From the NCBI GenBank assembly GCA_949289005.1, contig CASEMQ010000067.1, positions 128,365 through 192,364 on the forward strand: a stretch of 64,000 nt of DNA, written 5' to 3'. A model generated the notes under the pieces. That model had not been told where the DNA came from. It did no database searches and saw nothing but the letters and a program-made list of their open reading frames with translations. Made by a program: the position numbers and the translations under genes. The stretch's first letter is position 1, and each line of letters starts with the position of its first letter. This document shows positions 58,357 to 64,000 of this stretch, in pieces. The stretch comes from an uncultured Lentisphaeraceae bacterium. GTDB taxonomy: Bacteria; Verrucomicrobiota; Kiritimatiellia; RFP12; DVOR01.

Positions 58357-58462
58357 GTTTTTCCGCATAAGATATCGCCCTCCGCCTGCCAATATTAAAC
58401 AAAAACACGTCCCGCCGCGGGGCGTGCCATTCTTCTCACCTCATCCCAAACAAGATATAACC

Positions 58463-58489
58463 ACGCCCCTCCCCGGGGCGTTTTTTTTT
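58463..58489 (+). terminator. Second + strand terminator with no CDS of its own
   Basis: ACGCCCC-tcccc-GGGGCGT followed by a long T run. Confidence 0.6.
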
Positions 58490-58530
58490 GCCGATCGCAT
58501 CATTCCTCTCCCTTGAATGGGGCGGCGGGG

Positions 58531-58570
58531 ACGAAAAAGCCCCGGGCGGAAGTGCCCGGGGCTTTTTCGT
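58531..58570 (-). terminator. Intrinsic (bidirectional) terminator of ilvC
   Basis: ACGAAAAAGCCCCGGGC...GCCCGGGGCTTTTTCGT. Confidence 0.85.
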
Positions 58571-58589
58571 GGGGTTGGGTGCGATGCGT

Positions 58590-59696
58590 TTAGTTCGCGC
58601 CACGCCCGCCGACGCCGGCCGCGGTGGCGGCGTTGGCCTTGGCGGCCTCGTGGGGGCGGAGGGAGCGGACGGCCTGGCCGGCGCGCCACATCTCGCTCTC
58701 GCGGATCTTGGCGAGTTTGGCCTCGAGGCGCTCCTTGTAGTCCTTGCGGCCGCAATCGCGGACGACGGCCTTGGCCTCGGTCATGTCGGCGACGGACTTG
58801 TAGAGTTTCTCGAAGACGGGCTTGGTGGCCTTCTCGAACTCGGGAGCCCACTTGAGGGCGCCGTGCTGGGCGGTGGCCGAGCAATTGGAGTACATCCAAT
58901 CCATACCCTTCTCGTCAACGAGGCGGATGAGGGACTGGGTGAGTTCCTCGACGGTCTCGTTGAATGCCTCGGAGGGGCTGTGGCCATGCTTGCGGAGAAC
59001 GGTGTACTGCGCGTTGAGGATGCCCTGGAGGCACCCCATCAGCGTACCACGCTCGCCGACGAGGTCGGAAGTGACCTCGCGCTGGAAGGTGGTGGGGAAA
59101 AGATAGCCGGAGCCAACGGCGATGCCGAGGGCGAGGGTGCGGTCGAGCGCACGGCCGGTGGCGTCCACGGCCACGGCGTAGGAGCTGTTGATGCCCACGC
59201 CTTCGAGGAAGTTGCGGCGGACGCTCGTGCCCGAGCCCTTGGGGGCGACCATAATCACGTCCACGCCCTCGGGCGCCTCGACGCCGGTGAGGTCGCGATA
59301 CTGCCAGCCGAAACCGTGCGAGAAGTAGAGCGCCTTGCCGGGGGTGAGATGCTTTTTGATTTGCTTGAAGACGGGCTTGATGGAGGCGTCGGAGGTGAGC
59401 ATCATGACGATGGTGCCCTTCTCGGCGGCTTCCTCAATCTCGAAGAGGGTCTTGCCCGGCACCCAGCCATCCTTGATGGCGCGTTGCCAAGAGGAATTGG
59501 GCTTGTCGCTCTTGCGTTGGCCGACAATGACGTTGATGCCGTTGTCGCGCATGTTGAGCGACTGCGCGGGGCCTTGCACGCCGTAGCCCAGCACGGCCAC
59601 CACTTCGTCCTTTAGCACCTTCTGAGCCTTGCTCAGTGGGAACTCTTTGCGCGTGGTGATGTTCTCGATCTCATCGGCGAATTTGATCTTTGCCAT
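58590..59696 (-). CDS. ilvC: Ketol-acid reductoisomerase (Bacteroidetes/fungal Ilv5-type)
   Basis: VLGYGVQG, FSHGF, VAPKGSG, SDLVGERG and NCSATAQHGAL. Confidence 0.95.
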   Translation of the reverse strand: MAKIKFADEIENITTRKEFPLSKAQKVLKDEVVAVLGYGVQGPAQSLNMRDNGINVIVGQRKSDKPNSSWQRAIKDGWVPGKTLFEIEEAAEKGTIVMMLTSDASIKPVFKQIKKHLTPGKALYFSHGFGWQYRDLTGVEAPEGVDVIMVAPKGSGTSVRRNFLEGVGINSSYAVAVDATGRALDRTLALGIAVGSGYLFPTTFQREVTSDLVGERGTLMGCLQGILNAQYTVLRKHGHSPSEAFNETVEELTQSLIRLVDEKGMDWMYSNCSATAQHGALKWAPEFEKATKPVFEKLYKSVADMTEAKAVVRDCGRKDYKERLEAKLAKIRESEMWRAGQAVRSLRPHEAAKANAATAAGVGGRGAN

Positions 59697-59811
59697 AGGT
59701 CTTCCGTTCCTTTGCGCCCGGCCCGAGGATGGGATGGGCTTGAATGGTTGAATAGTATAGGGCGTTGCGGTGCGCAGGTCAAGACCGGAAATCGCAAAAA
59801 CGCACCCAATC

Positions 59812-59860
59812 GCACAAAAAAGGCGGGGCGCCCGGCTCGGGCGCCCCGCCTTTTTTGTGC
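59812..59860 (-). terminator. Intrinsic terminator of the PEP-CTERM gene
   Basis: GCACAAAAAAGGCGGGGCGCCCG-gct-CGGGCGCCCCGCCTTTTTTGTGC. Confidence 0.88.
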
Positions 59861-59861
59861 C

Positions 59862-60515
59862 TCAATGGCGCCGCCGGCGCAACGCCAGCCCCGCCGCGCC
59901 AAGCGCCAAGAGCGCGAGGGCTGTGGGCTCGGGGATGGAATAGGCCTTCAGCTCGTCGGCCGTCAACGCGCCGATGTAGGTATCGAAGTCCGTCACGCTC
60001 CCCTCCAGCAACGTCAAATCCGTCATGTCGCCCGCCCAGTTGAACCCTCCGGTCGCGCTGATGGTATGGGTCGCAGGCGACTTGCCGTCCACGTAGAAAT
60101 CCACGCCAAAGCCCGATTGCCCCGTTTTGGAGACGGCGACGGTATGCGTGCCGGCGGTGACGTCCTCAACCAAAATGCTGTTGTTGGGGCTCCCATTGTC
60201 CTGGCCGTTCTGCCCCGTAACCTTGATTTTCAGGTCGCCACCCTCGATGAAGATGCGCACACGCTGGGTGGCGTCGCCGGTGCCCGCGCCCGTCATTTCC
60301 ATCAGCGTGCCACCGTTGGCAATGGTCTCCGCCGAGAGCGACACCTCCAGCACAAAGGAATAGGCTCTCGCCGAGCCCGAAAGCACGTTGCTTTCGTCCC
60401 CGCGCGTCCCGGAGAACGAATAGCCCTGCTCCGGCGCCCATTCCCAGCTCAACGAAACGGCTTGGGCGAGCCCAAAGAAACCCAAAGCGGCGACCGCCGC
60501 GGCAAACACTTTCAT
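59862..60515 (-). CDS. PEP-CTERM sorting-domain surface protein
   Basis: GGAGG RBS; MKVFAAAVAALGFFGLAQA signal; IPEPTALALLALGAAGLALRRRRH. Confidence 0.9.
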   Translation of the reverse strand: MKVFAAAVAALGFFGLAQAVSLSWEWAPEQGYSFSGTRGDESNVLSGSARAYSFVLEVSLSAETIANGGTLMEMTGAGTGDATQRVRIFIEGGDLKIKVTGQNGQDNGSPNNSILVEDVTAGTHTVAVSKTGQSGFGVDFYVDGKSPATHTISATGGFNWAGDMTDLTLLEGSVTDFDTYIGALTADELKAYSIPEPTALALLALGAAGLALRRRRH

Positions 60516-60642
60516 GCGAACCTCCAATCGGTTGTGAACCATACGAATGACAATAGGCTAACATATCACCCCCCCCCGTCAAGCACTTATTCGCAGACGC
60601 CCAGCCTGGCGGCGGCAAAAACGATGCCAGCCTTGCCGCGAC

Positions 60643-60790
60643 TGTCGATAACTTTGCGAAATCTGTTGAAAACCTGTTGAATCCGGGCGGAGCCCGGGAT
60701 GCCTCAGACCCCGCCTTTCAATCTATACGCGAGGTCATTCTCCGAGACACGGCGCATCCCGGGTTGAGACACGCCGCATCCCACCCCGGG
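60643..60790 (+). repeat. Dispersed intergenic element, copy 4 (most diverged right half)
   Basis: TGTCGATAACTTTGCGAAATCTGTTGAAAACCTGTTGAA-N35-TTCAATC...GAGACACGGCGCATCCCGGGTTGAGACACGCCGCATCCC. Confidence 0.88.
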
Positions 60791-60903
60791 CCACGCGCGG
60801 GCCCGATGGCCCCACCGCCCGCGCTTTCGGCAGGTGGGCGCGGCATGCCCATGTCACATCCGCACGACTTTGGTAAACTGTGCGGCAATTTTGAGGAGAT
60901 TTT

Positions 60904-62727
60904 ATGGCAGACAAACCCGCAGCGTACACCGCCGACAGCATCAAGACGTTGGATCCTTTGGAGCACATTCGCCTGAGGACGGGGATGTACATCGGGCGGC
61001 GCGGGGATGGCACGCAGTATGACGACGGCATCTACATCCTGCTCAAGGAGGTGCTGGACAACGCGGTGGACGAATTCATCATGGGCTACGGCAAGCGCAT
61101 CGCGGTGCGGCTGGATTACGCGACGGGCGAGGTGGCCGTGCGCGACTATGGCCGCGGCATCCCGCTTGAGAAGGTGGTCGACTGCGTGAGCAAGATGAAC
61201 ACGGGCGGCAAATACAGCGACGACGTCTTCCAATTCTCCGTGGGCATGAACGGCGTGGGCACCAAGGCGGTGAACGCCCTCTCCGAGCGCTTCACCGTGC
61301 GCGCCACGCGCGAGGGGCGCTTCGTGGAGGCGACCTTTGTGCGTGGCAAGCTGCAGGCGCGGCGCGAGGGCGAGACCAAGGAGCGCAACGGCACCTTCAT
61401 GGCCTTTTTGCCAGACGCCCAGATTTTCCCGAAGTTCGCCTTCCGCGAAGAGCACGTCTTGCGGCGCATGCGGATGTATGCCTACCTGAACGCGGGGCTG
61501 GCCATCGAGCTGAACGGCGAACGTATCCAATCCGAGAACGGCCTGCTCGACCTAATCAACGCCGAGGCCGGCGAAGAGCAGCTCTACGGCCCCTTCCACT
61601 TCCGCTCGAAGATGCTCGAGGTGGCCTTCACCCACTCCAACCACATGGGCGAGGACTACTACAGCTTCGTGAACGGCCAATACACCAACGAGGGCGGCAC
61701 CCACCTCACCGCCTTCAAGGAGGGCTTCCTGCGCGGCGTCCAAGAGTTCTCCAAGAAGCGCTACGAGGGCGATGTCGCGCGCGACGGCATCATCGCCGCC
61801 ATCGCCATCCGCCTCAAGGATCCCGCCTTCGAGGGGCAGACCAAGAACAAACTCGGCAACCCCGAGGTTCGCGCCGCCCTCGTCGGCGAGGTCAAGAAAA
61901 TCGTCGAGGACGAACTCCACCGCCACCCCGAGGACGCCCAGCGCCTCCTCAACAAAATCGACGAGACCGCGAAAATCCGCGCCGCCAGCAAGGACCTCCA
62001 GAAGACCGTCCGCGAGCGCGCCAAGCAAAGCGCCGTCCGCGTCGAGGAGCTTATCGACTGCAAGCGCCACCTCGACAAGGCCAAGGGCAAGGGCGAGGAC
62101 ACCATGATCTTTCTTGTCGAGGGCAAGTCCGCCGGCGGCACCGTCGGCACCGCCCGCGACACTCAGACCCAGGCCGTCTTCAAACTCCGCGGCAAGCCCC
62201 TCAACGTCTGCGACCTCAAGCGCGACGCCATCTACAAGAACAAGGAGTTCTACGACCTCGTCAAGTCCCTGGGCATCGAGCAATCGCCCGACACCCTCCG
62301 CTACGGCAAGGTCATCCTCGCCACCGATGCCGACGTCGACGGCCTGCACATCCGCAACCTCCTCATCACCTTCTTCCTCCGCTTCTTCGACCACATCATC
62401 AAGGACGGCCGCCTCTTCATCCTCGAGACGCCCCTCTTCCGCGTCCGCAACGCCAAGCAATCCTTCTATTGCTACGACGACGCCGAGCGCGAGGCCGCCA
62501 TCAATGCCTGCGGCCCCAAGGCCGAGATTACCCGCTTCAAGGGCCTCGGCGAAATCAACGCCAAGGAATTCAAGGACTTCATCGGCGAGGGCATCCGCCT
62601 CACCCCCGTCAACGTCCACAACGACACCCGCGTCTGGGACACCGTCCGCTTCCTCATGGGCGCCAACACCCCCGAGCGCCGCCGCTACATCTTCCGCAAC
62701 CTCTTCGTCGACAACACCGACTTCTGA
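60904..62727 (+). CDS. parE: Type IIA topoisomerase subunit B (ParE, Chlamydia/Bacteroidetes/spirochete type)
   Basis: EHIRLRTGMYIG...DDGIYILLKEVLDNAVDE, GMNGVG, EGKSA, LRGKPLN, TDADVDG and RFKGLGE; 607 aa. Confidence 0.85.
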   Translation: MADKPAAYTADSIKTLDPLEHIRLRTGMYIGRRGDGTQYDDGIYILLKEVLDNAVDEFIMGYGKRIAVRLDYATGEVAVRDYGRGIPLEKVVDCVSKMNTGGKYSDDVFQFSVGMNGVGTKAVNALSERFTVRATREGRFVEATFVRGKLQARREGETKERNGTFMAFLPDAQIFPKFAFREEHVLRRMRMYAYLNAGLAIELNGERIQSENGLLDLINAEAGEEQLYGPFHFRSKMLEVAFTHSNHMGEDYYSFVNGQYTNEGGTHLTAFKEGFLRGVQEFSKKRYEGDVARDGIIAAIAIRLKDPAFEGQTKNKLGNPEVRAALVGEVKKIVEDELHRHPEDAQRLLNKIDETAKIRAASKDLQKTVRERAKQSAVRVEELIDCKRHLDKAKGKGEDTMIFLVEGKSAGGTVGTARDTQTQAVFKLRGKPLNVCDLKRDAIYKNKEFYDLVKSLGIEQSPDTLRYGKVILATDADVDGLHIRNLLITFFLRFFDHIIKDGRLFILETPLFRVRNAKQSFYCYDDAEREAAINACGPKAEITRFKGLGEINAKEFKDFIGEGIRLTPVNVHNDTRVWDTVRFLMGANTPERRRYIFRNLFVDNTDF

Positions 62728-62784
62728 CGAACTGTGCTATAATGCACCCACAACTTTCACCCCAACAACAGGGAAGGACATCAC

Positions 62785-64000
62785 ATGGACAAAATGACAT
62801 TGCGTGACGTGGACCTCGCCGGCAAGCGCGTGGTCATGCGCGTGGACTTCAATGTGCCGATGAAAGACGGCGTCATCAAAGACGACACCCGCATCCAGGG
62901 CGCCCTCGGCTCCATCAAGTACGTGCTCGACAACGGCGGCTCCCTCGTCCTCATGAGCCACCTCGGCCGCCCCAAAGGCAAAGGCTACGAACCCGAGTTC
63001 TCCCTCAAGCCCGTCGCCGAATACCTCGCCAAGTGCCTCGGCAAGCCCGTCGCCTTCGCGCCCGACTGCCTCAAGGCCGCCGACCAGGCCGCCGCCCTCA
63101 AGCCCGGCGAGGTCCTCATGCTCGAGAACACCCGCTTCTACAAAGAGGAGACCGCCAAGGTCAAAAAGACCGACGACATGACCGACGAGCAGGTCAAGGC
63201 CGCCAAGGCCGAGCTCAAGGCCAAATGCGAGGAGATGGCCAAGGTTCTCGCCTCCTACGGCGACATCTACTGCAACGACGCCTTCGGCGCCGCCCACCGC
63301 GCCCACGCCTCCACCGCCGTCATCGCCAAGTACGCCCCCGTCGCCGTCTCCGGCTTCCTGCTGGAAAAGGAAATCCAATACCTCGGCTCCGCCGTCGAAA
63401 ACCCCGTCCGCCCCTTCGTCGCCATCCTCGGCGGCGCCAAGGTCTCCGACAAACTCGCCGTGGTGAAGAACCTCCTCACCAAGGTCGACACCCTCATCAT
63501 CGGCGGCGGCATGGCCTATACCTTCCTCAAGGCCCAGGGCAAGCAGATCGGCAACTCCCTCTGCGAGGATGACCAGCTCGGCTACGCCAACGACATGCTC
63601 GCCCTCGCCAAGGAGCGCGGCGTGAAGTTCCTGCTCCCCGTGGACAGCATCGCCGCCGACAAGTTCGCCCCCGATGCCAACACCCAGGTCGTCACCGAGA
63701 TCCCCGATGGCTGGATGGGCCTGGACATCGGCCCCGAGTCCGTCAAGCGCTTCGCCGAGGCCCTCCAAGGCGCCAAGACCGTCGTCTGGAACGGCCCGAT
63801 GGGCTGCTTCGAGATGCCCGCCTTCGCCAAAGGCACCTTCGGCGTCTGCGAGGCCGTCGCCCAGGTCAAGGCCAACGGCGGCATCTCCATCATCGGCGGC
63901 GGCGATTCCGTCAGCGCCGTCAAGAAATCCGGCCTCGCCGACAAGATGAGCCACATCTCCACCGGCGGCGGCGCCTCCCTCGAATACCTCGAAGGCAAGG
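62785..64000 (+). CDS. pgk: Phosphoglycerate kinase (3' end off the window)
   Basis: Not in the ORF track on the + strand; [51 protein letters not shown] and [14 protein letters not shown]. Confidence 0.97.
   Translation, partial: MDKMTLRDVDLAGKRVVMRVDFNVPMKDGVIKDDTRIQGALGSIKYVLDNGGSLVLMSHLGRPKGKGYEPEFSLKPVAEYLAKCLGKPVAFAPDCLKAADQAAALKPGEVLMLENTRFYKEETAKVKKTDDMTDEQVKAAKAELKAKCEEMAKVLASYGDIYCNDAFGAAHRAHASTAVIAKYAPVAVSGFLLEKEIQYLGSAVENPVRPFVAILGGAKVSDKLAVVKNLLTKVDTLIIGGGMAYTFLKAQGKQIGNSLCEDDQLGYANDMLALAKERGVKFLLPVDSIAADKFAPDANTQVVTEIPDGWMGLDIGPESVKRFAEALQGAKTVVWNGPMGCFEMPAFAKGTFGVCEAVAQVKANGGISIIGGGDSVSAVKKSGLADKMSHISTGGGASLEYLEGK

Overview
High-GC bacterial chromosomal segment, most likely from a gut-type PVC-superphylum anaerobe such as Kiritimatiellia/Lentisphaeria. 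This is an inference from the PEP-CTERM proteins, BamA/Skp, PFOR, a Chlamydia/Bacteroidetes-type ParE and the host-glycan hydrolases. About 45 CDS: core genes (sbcDC, hisCBA, hisI, dnaB, bamA, skp, dnaG, dnaE, folC, nifJ, fba, ilvC, parE, pgk, HU) interspersed with secreted glycan enzymes (GH33, GH2, PL12-like, GH3, GH20) and surface proteins. No rRNA, tRNA, CRISPR array, transposase or prophage was found. The most interesting signals are not gene-level. (1) A ~150-bp intergenic element occurs four times and carries three helically phased DnaA-box-like 9-mers, a 34-36 bp linker flanked by TTGAA/TTCAA, and a 22-bp-period palindromic tail. (2) A sawtooth G/C skew shifts synonymous codons from G/T-ending at the 5' end of transcription units to C-ending at the 3' end and resets at promoters. 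(3) At least six genes appear leaderless, with a -10 box (extended TGn in five) 6-8 nt before ATG.
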